Source: an uncultured virus (IMG/VR IMGVR_UViG_3300025121_000021) (lineage: Duplodnaviria; Heunggongvirae; Uroviricota; Caudoviricetes). From it: a stretch of 64,000 nt of DNA. The notes beneath the pieces were generated by a model that was given only the letters and a program-made list of their open reading frames with translations, ran no database searches and had not been told where the DNA came from. Every line of letters starts with the position of its first letter. Position 1 is the first letter of the stretch. The position numbers were made by a program, and so were the translations under genes. The stretch is taken from IMG/VR virus record IMGVR_UViG_3300025121_000021; one strand, given 5' to 3'. This document shows positions 20,195 to 29,259 of the stretch, piece by piece.

Positions 20195-20609
20195 AAGTTT
20201 TCCTCATTGTTTTGACTATGTGTTGGTTAGGTATGATATTAGGATTCCGTTCTTTGAAAACTGAGTATTCCTCTCCGTGAAGATCATTAAGAAATGTTCC
20301 GACTGCTCCAGAACGAGAAATTCCAGCAGCACAATGTATGACAAAATTTTCTGTCTCATGTCCTTTAACAAAATCTAAGATTTGTTTGGCATGTTCTTCT
20401 TGAAAAAGAATATACTCAGGATGTTCCGGAACAGTTTCATCAATATCGAAGAACACTAGAGAAAGTATTCTTATATTTTGTGCGAGAGTTTTTATTACTT
20501 CGGCTTCTTCTAATGTATCATTGATAGAAATGATATTAATATTAGGACGAAATTCTTGTTTTTCAAGTATCTCTTTTACGAAAGTTCTTGGGAATATCCA
20601 AATCTTCAT
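20169..20609 (-). CDS. Protein tyrosine/dual-specificity phosphatase-like protein
   Basis: HCAAGISRSGAV (CX5R); start at MKIWIF. Confidence 0.8.
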   Translation of the reverse strand: MKIWIFPRTFVKEILEKQEFRPNINIISINDTLEEAEVIKTLAQNIRILSLVFFDIDETVPEHPEYILFQEEHAKQILDFVKGHETENFVIHCAAGISRSGAVGTFLNDLHGEEYSVFKERNPNIIPNQHIVKTMRKTYDNLAERS

Positions 20610-23600
20610 GATTCTTCTTCTCCATCGCTCGTTCTTTTCCGCATTGCTTCGCTTGTGCTTAATTATGGCGCAGTCCTCCTGATGTCGGTGGCGGCGAGCT
20701 TGTCCGGGCCGATGCTTCCGTCTGGCTGGAGGTAGCCTGGTTTGCAATTTTCAACCAAACAAGATGAGCAGGGCATGAGGTCACCTAATGTACACCCGTT
20801 GTCACACTCGTCTTCATTGTACAACCCACCGAAGTTGTTGGTGGTCAGATGTTGGAGTGTTATTCCTTTGACGTTCATGTTGGCTCCCTCTGGATTGTCC
20901 GGGCCGATCTTGCCGTCGGGCTGGAGATAACCGTATTCGCAACCTAACATGAAAGCACATCTCTCCATCGCCGTGCAGGAACACACTACTTCCTGTGTTT
21001 CTCTCGCCATCCTGTAGAGCCCGTGGTATCCGTTCGCGTCGCGGTGTTGCCGTGCGGCGTCGATCACGTACATGCTATCTCCTTGGATTACTTGTTTCTT
21101 GGTACAGTTTCACGGCATCGTCGGCGACTTGTGCCTCCTTGGCTTGTTTGATCTTGCGGTACACTGTTACCGCGTTGTCGGCGGTTTCCCAGGAGATGTC
21201 TCCCCCGTTGTACCGCAGTGTTTCAATGAACGCCGCCGCCCATATCAGCCGCTCCATGTCGATGGATGTGGTTGTGGGCCTTTGGTTTTCCTTGAAGTCA
21301 TCGATAATATTTTCAGTAAAGCTCATTTCGCCTCCTTGTCTTGTTTATCTTCTTCTTCATTTTCTTCTCTTTCTTGTATCGCATAGAGAATTGCTTCTCG
21401 AATAGTCTTTTTCCATTGTTCTTTTTCAATAATGAAAGTCGTAACAAGGTCACTTGGAACTTCCATGGGACATTCTTGGAAACCAGAAGAAGAAATAGCC
21501 CAATGTCCTCTGTCGTCAGAGATAAGAGCATAGCCTTCTTGATCTTCTAACCAATTAATCAATTCACTATCAGTATAAGTATTCATGGTTTTTCCTCAAG
21601 GTTAAACTTAATTTTTTTCATGTGTCTTATAATATTGATAATAGAGAGGAAGAACTTGCTGTATAAATTCACTTGGGAGAACAATATTCCATAAAAGTTT
21701 ATAAACACTTGAAATAGCAGACGGACCGCGTATTTCTCCTGAAGTCAGCATGTCCATTATTTCTTTATAGGCCATATAATGTTTATCATAAAAAGTTACA
21801 GAAGTTTTTTCCTTCCAATATGGGCCTTCGTTTTCTGGAAATCTTTGTTCTTTAAGTGTTACTTGAAAGTAAGACCCTTGATTCCAATAACCGAATTCAA
21901 AAACTAATTGTTGTTGATCTACATAATATTTAGGTTCTTGTCGTGGAGGAGCAACATCTGAAGATAAGTCTTGTATGAACTGAATACTTAATCTCATAAT
22001 TTACTTCTATTATAAAAGGTTGTTTCTTTTGTCATAAACTTTTATTTTTCCCAGCCTACATTTTTACTGGCTTGGACATGATCACATGTCCGTTTTTTTT
22101 CTACTATTACTTTACTGTAATACTTGCCAGTTTCACCTTGAAACCAAGGATCACCGGCTGGTGCAAATCTCCATTTATATAATAATTCTTCATACGAAGC
22201 ATTTCAATCCGTTGTTTTTGTTGCTCTGTCATATTTCCTCCATAGAAACAAGAGAGTTGATAAAGCCTATATATCCCTTGTCTGAAAAGGTCTGCTTTAT
22301 ATATTGATACCTTTTATTGTAAGCCAAATAATATCTGCCATCAGAACTACATTGTTTAAGAAGTCTAAGAATAATGTCAAATTTAGTTTCAAGCAGGCCA
22401 AACTGATCCTTGCTGATTGCCTTTGCTTCTTCTTCGAATTCATCAAATAAGTCCAAAATAGCTTGTTCATAGCCACATTCATTGCACATATTAGCCTCTA
22501 TTTTTCTCTTTAATTTCATTAAGAAGTTCTACAATTGTATCCGCCTCACTTTTTTTACGTGGAGGTGGTGGAGGTGGAGGAGGTGGCTTTGGAAAAGATG
22601 GCGGTGGATTTATCCGATACCCTTTATAAAAAGATTTTGGGAGAGTATAAAGTAAACATATATAAATAAAAAAGATTGAGACACCAATAAACATGATTGT
22701 TAAAAAACATGAAAACATAATTTCTCCTAAAAGTTAAGTTTATTTTTATTTCCTTTTTCTTAGCATCTCCAAATGGTATTTATTGCATAAATTATTGTGC
22801 CGCAAATTATTCCAGTTATAGCAATCCACATGCGAAGTTTATCTTCACTTTGATGTAAAAGACGAAAACGCTATAAGCAGCATAATAAATATAGTTAAAA
22901 ATGCTAGTGCTTCGCTACATCCCATAATTTTCTCTTTTATACCTGAATTTTGAAATTCTTCTTTAAAAGCTTTTCGTTCTCCTAAATATATAATTATAAG
23001 GACAAGTAAAATAGGAATTATGGAACACCAAAAACACATAGTTTCTCCTAGAATTTATCCCCAAAGGGTGTTTATTGTATAAATTATTGTGCCACAAATC
23101 ATTCCCGTTATAGCAATCCACATACGAAGTTTATCTTCACTTTCCATATTTCTCCTTTTAAGTAAGGAAATATTCCTAGTTATCTAAAACAATACGATGA
23201 TTTACTTGTACAAGTTTAAATTCTATAACTTCAAGAATAAATAAAGGCTTAGTTAGGCGCAAACATCGTTGAGTATATTCATTATTCAAACAATGTTTAG
23301 CCCGTCTTTCAACTACAGCAAGTTTTGTTGAAGGAATATAGGTCATGTAATCTGAAGGATTACGTGCATGGTCGTTATACCATAAATTAACTTCGGGAAA
23401 CCAAATGCCATAGACATTTTCAGTTTGCATATCGTTTTAACTCTCTTTTATTTTATTAGAGATATCTATAAGTTTAATTTTTTAAAGCGCAAATACTTGT
23501 TTTATTAACTTCACTGAAAAATCATTTTTACAATTAAAGAGTATAGATAAATAAGTAACTATTGTTTTATCAAAAATAATTTCATATTTGATTTCTTCTT

Positions 23601-23845
23601 TAATGTTGTTATCTACAACGTATTTAGATACTTCTTGTCTTAAAATCTTTGCAATTTTTTTATATACATTATCAGTAGGGATTTTATATTCAAGGTCTTT
23701 TAGTAAAAATTCTATCTTCATAATTTCTCCTAAAAGTTGAATTTATTTTTTTATTAAAAATTATCTTAAGCAGTAAGAAATATAATAAGAAAAACTAAAA
23801 CAACACATATTATGATGTATGAAAAGATACACATGTTTTTCACCT

Positions 23846-24109
23846 TTATAAGGTTTCAATTTCTAGTTGTTCAAAATGTATAAGTTGACTATTATGATAC
23901 CAATATCCCCATTCACTAATTCGATACCAATTCGGTATGTGATGGGACTCTCTTATATAGCTTATTCTTGGCTCTAGTTTTTCACAACGCGGTTGGAAAA
24001 GAGTGTGTTCAGGTATTCTATTTCCACGATTTTCATCTTTTAATACGTATATATAAGGATCTAGTAAAAGAACTTTATCTCCTATTTCAAATTTAGTTTC
24101 TTGAGACAT
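23846..24109 (-). CDS. Small SH3/KOW-like protein (FxxGDxV family)
   Basis: FEIGDKVLLLD...YHNSQL...EIETL; AGGAG SD. Confidence 0.5.
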   Translation of the reverse strand: MSQETKFEIGDKVLLLDPYIYVLKDENRGNRIPEHTLFQPRCEKLEPRISYIRESHHIPNWYRISEWGYWYHNSQLIHFEQLEIETL

Positions 24110-24943
24110 ATCTCTCCTTAAAACGATAAAGTCTCCCTTCTCTCTCCTGACCACTCTCATCCCTCTAAAGGATAAAAATGCGCACAAAATGTTATTATTG
24201 TTGATTTTATTGAGGAGAGAAGAAAGGAAGAAATGATTTATTTGAGAGGATGATCCCATAGTTGATCAAACTCTGGTCTCCATCCTCGGGGAGTTGTTCT
24301 GCAATGTAAATGAATGACGATGTCTTTACTTACTGTATGATAACAACGATGCCCTTTAAGATAAGGGCGTGAAAAAGAACCCTTAGAATTCATTTTGAAT
24401 TTTGTTGCAGTATCTATATTGGAAACAATTAATGGATTTCTTTTAAGCATACATTTTAAGTATGAATCTCGATCGTCAAGAAATGCGCAACTAGCGCTTC
24501 TATTAAGATTAAATGATCTCCCTTGCCCCATTAATGAAATTGTAATCAGATTATTACTCATTGTATGAATTTCATGAACGAGTAATCGTTCTTTATAATG
24601 AGTAAGAAATCTCTTACATTCTATATGGTTACCCTTTACAACAAAGGGTTGAGAATTTTTAGAAAAGCAAATATAAATATGCGGAGCATCGAATATTCCT
24701 TTTTTAAGAGGAAATTCGGCCAGTACTTTATATTGAGGATAATTTTTTCTTTTAGTTTCTTCTTTTAAGACTTGATGGTATAGATTTTTTTGTTTTTGAA
24801 TAAGCATAGTTACTCCAAGAAAATGGGTCAGATGGAGCTTCAGTATGCAGTATTAATCGAAGCCCACCCAACCCGTTATGGAATCTTGCCTTCAGTATTT
24901 TATAAATATATTAGCGAAGGCAGTATTTCCTTTTTTTTGAAGA

Positions 24944-25014
24944 CGGCATCACTAAGATTCATACTTAGATCTTCTGGTAGACACCAGAGGCTCTCTCCTT
25001 TGAGCTATGATGCC
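24944..25014 (-). tRNA. Degenerate tRNA-like element (anticodon undetermined)
   Basis: GGCATCA/TGATGCC acceptor, D arm, 6-nt anticodon loop, aberrant T loop; copy of 25125..25199. Confidence 0.4.
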
Positions 25015-25022
25015 ATTTTTTA

Positions 25023-25102
25023 TGCCCGAAGTCGGGTTTGAACCGATAGGCTCATTAGCCAGGATATTTTAACCCTGGAGATACCATTCCTCCCATTCGG
25101 GC
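25023..25102 (-). tRNA. Degenerate tRNA-Leu(UAA)-like copy
   Basis: Same acceptor and similar T arm to 25215..25297; anticodon loop expanded. Confidence 0.5.
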
Positions 25103-25124
25103 TACTTTTTTTTTAAGAAAAAGA

Positions 25125-25199
25125 CGGCATCACTAGGATTCGAACCTAGATTTTCAACAGCATAAGGGCCGGACGTTCTCCCTTTTAAACTATGATGCC
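25125..25199 (-). tRNA. tRNA-like element with an irregular anticodon arm
   Basis: GGCATCA acceptor and perfect CTAGG-TTCGAAT-CCTAG T arm; anticodon arm does not pair canonically. Confidence 0.45.
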
Positions 25200-25214
25200 C
25201 TAATTTTTATGTAA

Positions 25215-25297
25215 TGCCCGAAGTCGGACTTGAACCGACACGACCTATTGGTCAGAAGATTTTAAGTCTTCCGGGTATACCATTCCCCCATTCGGGC
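25215..25297 (-). tRNA. tRNA-Leu(UAA), no encoded CCA
   Basis: GAAGA-CTTAAAA-TCTTC, long variable arm GACC-AATA-GGTC, canonical T arm. Confidence 0.9.
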
Positions 25298-25301
25298 TAC
25301 T

Positions 25302-25538
25302 TTATAAGGTTATAGTTTCCATTTCATTAAGAAGTTTAAATTGACTTCTATGATAATAAGCTGGACTACCATTTAACATAACCCAATCAGGGTATTTTTC
25401 GTAACAACTCATTACAGTATATATTTGATAAGGTTTTAAGGCTCCTTCTCCGTAGGATCTTCCTCGCTTTGTAAGAGTCACACGATAAATATTTCTATTT
25501 GTAAGAAATACTTGGTCTCCAATTTTAAATTGCGGCAT
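25302..25538 (-). CDS. Small SH3/KOW-like protein (FxxGDxV family)
   Basis: FKIGDQVFLT...YHRSQF...METITL. Confidence 0.5.
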   Translation of the reverse strand: MPQFKIGDQVFLTNRNIYRVTLTKRGRSYGEGALKPYQIYTVMSCYEKYPDWVMLNGSPAYYHRSQFKLLNEMETITL

Positions 25539-25544
25539 ATAACC

Positions 25545-25793
25545 TCATAGAATTATAACTTCTATTTCTGTGATAGGAATGAATTGACTAACGTGAATCC
25601 AATATGTGTTTCTGTTCAATCGATACCAATGTAGAAAGTCTAAATTTTCACCGGTTTGTGTTATTGTATATTTTTGCTGATTTTTTAGATAATCTTTTAT
25701 AATTAGTGTCCCTTTGACTTCATCTGTATTCATGAGATAGACGTTACCATCGGTTAAGAATACTTCATCTCCGATTTTGAATTGTTGGCGCAT
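25545..25793 (-). CDS. Small SH3/KOW-like protein (FxxGDxV family)
   Basis: MRQQFKIGDEVFLTD...IHVSQF...IEVIIL; start moved downstream because the longer ORF overlaps tRNA-His. Confidence 0.55.
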   Translation of the reverse strand: MRQQFKIGDEVFLTDGNVYLMNTDEVKGTLIIKDYLKNQQKYTITQTGENLDFLHWYRLNRNTYWIHVSQFIPITEIEVIIL

Positions 25794-25829
25794 ATCATTC
25801 TCCCAATCGAAGATGTTTTGTTTAATTAA

Positions 25830-25902
25830 TGTGACCGGTGGGAATCGAACCCACATCTTTGGGACCACAACCCAAAATTCTAGCCGTTGAACTACGGTCA
25901 CC
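25830..25902 (-). tRNA. tRNA-His(GUG) with G-1, no encoded CCA
   Basis: TTGGG-TTGTGGT-CCCAA; GTGACCG/CGGTCAC acceptor; canonical T arm. Confidence 0.9.
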
Positions 25903-25911
25903 ATCTATAAA

Positions 25912-26195
25912 AGTAGTTATCAGGTGTGCTATTACGCCAAAGGCCAGTCTACCATTAGTAGGTTAACACCCCAAATTGTCAGTTTAACTACCTACTTAAA
26001 CATCCTGACAATCCCATTTTCATGGCTTGAGTCATCTGTTCCGTCGAACAGACGAGCAGTACGCATACAAGCTCAGGTCTTGTTTTTATTCACTGACGCG
26101 CCAGCAAGCTGCCGAACTCTTAAACGCCTTTGCAATGTTAAGGGGCCACTCTTTAAAAGATGGCTGCTTCTAAGCCCACTTCCCGGATAACCACT
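25912..26195 (-). ncRNA. Structured ncRNA containing a split copy of the 23S rRNA uL11-binding/GTPase-associated centre
   Basis: GGCTTAGAAGCAGCCATCTTTTAAAGAGT...[~210 nt]...GCGTAATAGCACAC, closed by a 10-bp terminal stem AGTGGTTATC/GATAACTACT. Confidence 0.75.
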
Positions 26196-26223
26196 ATTTT
26201 TTAGTTTCAAATTTTCAAAAAAA

Positions 26224-26604
26224 TCACGGCCACACACAACGCGCGTAGAAGTCGATAGTCTTATTGTCGTAGCGGACGTAGCCGTAGTTGAAATTCACGT
26301 CCCATGCGTAGTCGGTGTAGCCGACGAGGAACGACGACGACCAGAATATCTTTGGATACATTGATATAATAATATTTTTCAAATTAGAATCAAAGAGTTG
26401 AATGAGTTCACCTCTTTCGGGAAGTCTCCCTCCTTGTTCTTTTGCCCAATCCATGGCTTCTTGCCAAGCCATTGGTTTTTCAGCAATTGGTCCCCATTTC
26501 AGTCCTGTTTTAGGATCTTTTTGCCAAGTTGTTTCTTTAACCGGTTGATTGTGTTCGCATTCTTGACATAGTTCCTGTAGTTTTTCAAGTATTTTACAAG
26601 TCAT
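26224..26604 (-). CDS. DUF1566/Lcl-like protein (paralog 12, MTCKILE leader), DGR target with a fresh variable region
   Basis: Tail FWSSSFLVGYTDYAWDVNFNYGYVRYDNKTIDFYARCVWP, then TTTTTGAAAATTTGAAAC. Confidence 0.85.
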   Translation of the reverse strand: MTCKILEKLQELCQECEHNQPVKETTWQKDPKTGLKWGPIAEKPMAWQEAMDWAKEQGGRLPERGELIQLFDSNLKNIIISMYPKIFWSSSFLVGYTDYAWDVNFNYGYVRYDNKTIDFYARCVWP

Positions 26605-27451
26605 GATTTTCCTCGTAAAATAAAGAGTTTTTTATTTTTTTTGAAGAATATAAGTATTTTATATTAATTAAAATTATCGTATTCACTATCACAATAGCAG
26701 ATGCACGTTATAGCTATAATACTAATAAATAAAACCGCAAAAACTGTTAAAAACGCCAACGCGAAATGTATTTCTATAATTGCCAATCCTATAGTTATTG
26801 GAACTATAGTTACTATGGTTTGTTTTAATAGATATGGTAAGCTTTTCTTTATTCCTTCTATTTTAGGTAATTCGTTAAAAACGACCATTTTATTTACCTT
26901 TTTATAAAATGAGTGAATAAGGTAAAAAATTACACCTATAGTAATAAATGCTAAAAGATGTGCAGCCATTATATGGTGTCCTTATTTATTGAGTAATACT
27001 TTAAGAATTATATGTATATAGTTAACTCGGCTCGTGAAATTTTTTTATTTCAGAGTCTCGCCGGGGTTCGTTTCATCTATTCCTTGTAAGTTTGCTTGAG
27101 TTTCTTGACATACTGGTTTTGGATAGATACTTACGAAGAACAATCCCATTGTGATACTGAAGAGAAATAGGAAGATGAGAATTTTATTTGTTTTCATTTG
27201 ATTCCGAATGTTGGTATTGTTGTTTCGGTATTGTTGACACGAGTATCGTGGTGAATATGAGAAATGTACCAAGAATGATTGATGCTACAGCGAGGAAGTA
27301 TTTTTGTGGGTTCATTTGGTCCCCTGATCGTCAAGACATTGACATTGTTGTGTTGGTTTTCTTAATTCTATTATGTTTTTTGCTGTAGTCAAAATAAGTG
27401 TAAGGAGAATAGTAGTGAGAATGACCATGATGATGATGAAGTGGTCATCTT

Positions 27452-27955
27452 TCATTTGTTTTCCTCTACGTATTTCTTGGCTTTTGCCAGGGTTTCTGGG
27501 TCTGCCAAGTTGTAGATTTTGATGTTATAGTGTTTGGCCATTCTGAGAGCTTGTTCTGTCCCTCCGACTTCTTTTGCATTTTTGGTCCAGCAGATTACGA
27601 ATTTTACAGGTTGGTCTAGGTTTGGTCCTAGAATTTGGTTACAGGTTCGTGCTTGGAGTTTTTTGCCTCCAAGTCGTAGTGCATCCCAATTTGGGTGAAA
27701 TGATTTGGCCATCTTGAGAGCTTCTTCGGTTATATGGAAGTCGCTCGAAGTGTGATCATTAAATTTTGGCCAAGGAAGGAAGATGTTTTTGTTTTCTGGA
27801 TTACTTACGCCTGCTTCAAATGCAGCATCGGCTCCTTGTGCTGCTCCGCTGTAGAGTGTATAACCCTTCGCCTCAAATACTTTGGCAATTTGGGTCATGA
27901 AGTCACAGATTTCTTTTGGAGTTTCGCGCGAGCCAATTCCTGCGTAAGCTTTCAT
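27452..27955 (-). CDS. SLOG/DprA-like Rossmann-fold protein
   Basis: YAGIGSRETP, SGAAQGADAAFE, FLPW, VICWT, GGT. Confidence 0.75.
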   Translation of the reverse strand: MKAYAGIGSRETPKEICDFMTQIAKVFEAKGYTLYSGAAQGADAAFEAGVSNPENKNIFLPWPKFNDHTSSDFHITEEALKMAKSFHPNWDALRLGGKKLQARTCNQILGPNLDQPVKFVICWTKNAKEVGGTEQALRMAKHYNIKIYNLADPETLAKAKKYVEENK

Positions 27956-27979
27956 GGTTTACTCCTTGGAAAAAAGGCA

Positions 27980-28050
27980 AGTGAAGGCTCGGATTTACTT
28001 TTTACCGAGATCTCATACTTTGATGTGTTTTAGCTTTAAACTACCTTCAC
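27980..28050 (-). ncRNA. Degenerate tRNA-shaped element
   Basis: GTGAAGG/CCTTCAC acceptor, GTTT/AAAC D stem, shrunken anticodon arm, CTCGG/CCGAG T stem with enlarged loop. Confidence 0.4.
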
Positions 28051-28333
28051 TTGTTTTTATATCATTGAGAACTCTTAGTATTATAACTATTTATGCTCCT
28101 TGCTGAGCTTACTTAGCCGTCGGGTAGTGTCATAAGGGTTCCTCCCCTGGCGTTCTAGACATTTCTACACGAGGTTTCAATTCTCCACCCCAGGGCCTTT
28201 TATGTCATACCCAGGACAAAAAGTGATAAGAGCCCCCTCCCGCTCGTTATCGTGGCTTTCCTGCCTGAACGACCTTTTGAGTGATCAGTTCTAAGGTGTA
28301 AGCCTTGCCTTGCGAGCTTTTGCCCGCTTTTTT

Positions 28334-28525
28334 TTACAGAGTTGGTGGCGTTGAGTCGCCTTGTTTTTCAGGGAATTTTTCGTTGAGCTTATCCCTGAGT
28401 GGTTTGCCTACTTGCGATGCTTTGACGGCCAGTGGACCGCCTACTGCCTTGAATCCTAGAAGTCCTAGGAAAGTTCCAAGCGCTGTTATCACCAACCAGA
28501 TGATTGAGTCTAGGATGAACTGCAT
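28334..28525 (-). CDS. Small membrane protein, paralog of 16624..16752
   Basis: GAGGT SD before MQFILD; shared TM segment. Confidence 0.55.
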   Translation of the reverse strand: MQFILDSIIWLVITALGTFLGLLGFKAVGGPLAVKASQVGKPLRDKLNEKFPEKQGDSTPPTL

Positions 28526-29259
28526 CGGACACCTCGTTTTGTTTAAATGCCAGAAATTTTTTGTCACTCAACGACGTGAAGTTTGTTTTGTCTTTCTTGT
28601 TCGAGACTTTTGTACATGCTCTTGATAACTGCGTTTCTATTGTGAATGATAGCGTAGATAGCGCCTGTGATGCCTCCGAGGCACGCCATACCGATGCTGA
28701 TAGCAACCAGTGCCCAGTATGAGAATGTTGCTAACCACCAGATGATGTAGGGTCCAGCGAAGATCATGGTGAGCATATATAGGATCCATGCTACTACTAC
28801 TTTAGTGCTCATGATTTTCTCCTGTTAGGTTTCAAGTTTATTTTATGTCAATCTTGACATTTGCAAGTGCCGCATTGACATTGTTCGTCTTCGTAGTTGT
28901 CGTAGTATTGTTGAAGTTGTTTGAGTTCCTCCTTGTAAGAGCGCGCAAGGTTTAGTTCTTTGAGGTAGAGACTTGGGTGTTTTCGCGCCGCAAGCTCTTT
29001 CTCCTTGATGAGATCCATGAGATGCGATAGTGTTCCTTGATATCCTAGGCCACAGTTGAGTAATTTCATTGCGGTACGTGGCTCGATTTTTTCTCCGATC
29101 ATATTGTCGATGATCTTGGAGATGTAGCTCATATTTTCTCCTTGTATGGTGTCTGGAATTTCTTCCAGTGGTACGAAGCAAAGATCAACGATCATTTTTT
29201 CCCTTGTTGTCCTAACCAGCAGATTGCTAAGCCAAGTACAATTGTTGTTGCAACACTAA

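Noticed and set aside
22790..23142. ~60-nt direct repeat (22790-22850 and 23081-23142)
   Set aside because: Looks like an ordinary local duplication of a small membrane-peptide gene, with no sign of a mobile element.
24944..25199. Suppressor tRNAs (CUA or UUA readable in the loops) and a recoded genetic code
   Set aside because: The anticodon arms are irregular, so no anticodon can be assigned. Genes end normally in TAA, TAG and TGA under code 11.
25912..26195. A true 23S rRNA gene or host contamination
   Set aside because: Only about 55 nt match rRNA, split by an insert and embedded between phage genes.
28135..28195. Second rRNA mimic (faint likeness to 16S h23: GAAATG..TAGA...GGAGGAAC)
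   Set aside because: The match is short and gapped and could be chance; kept only as part of the structured-region finding.
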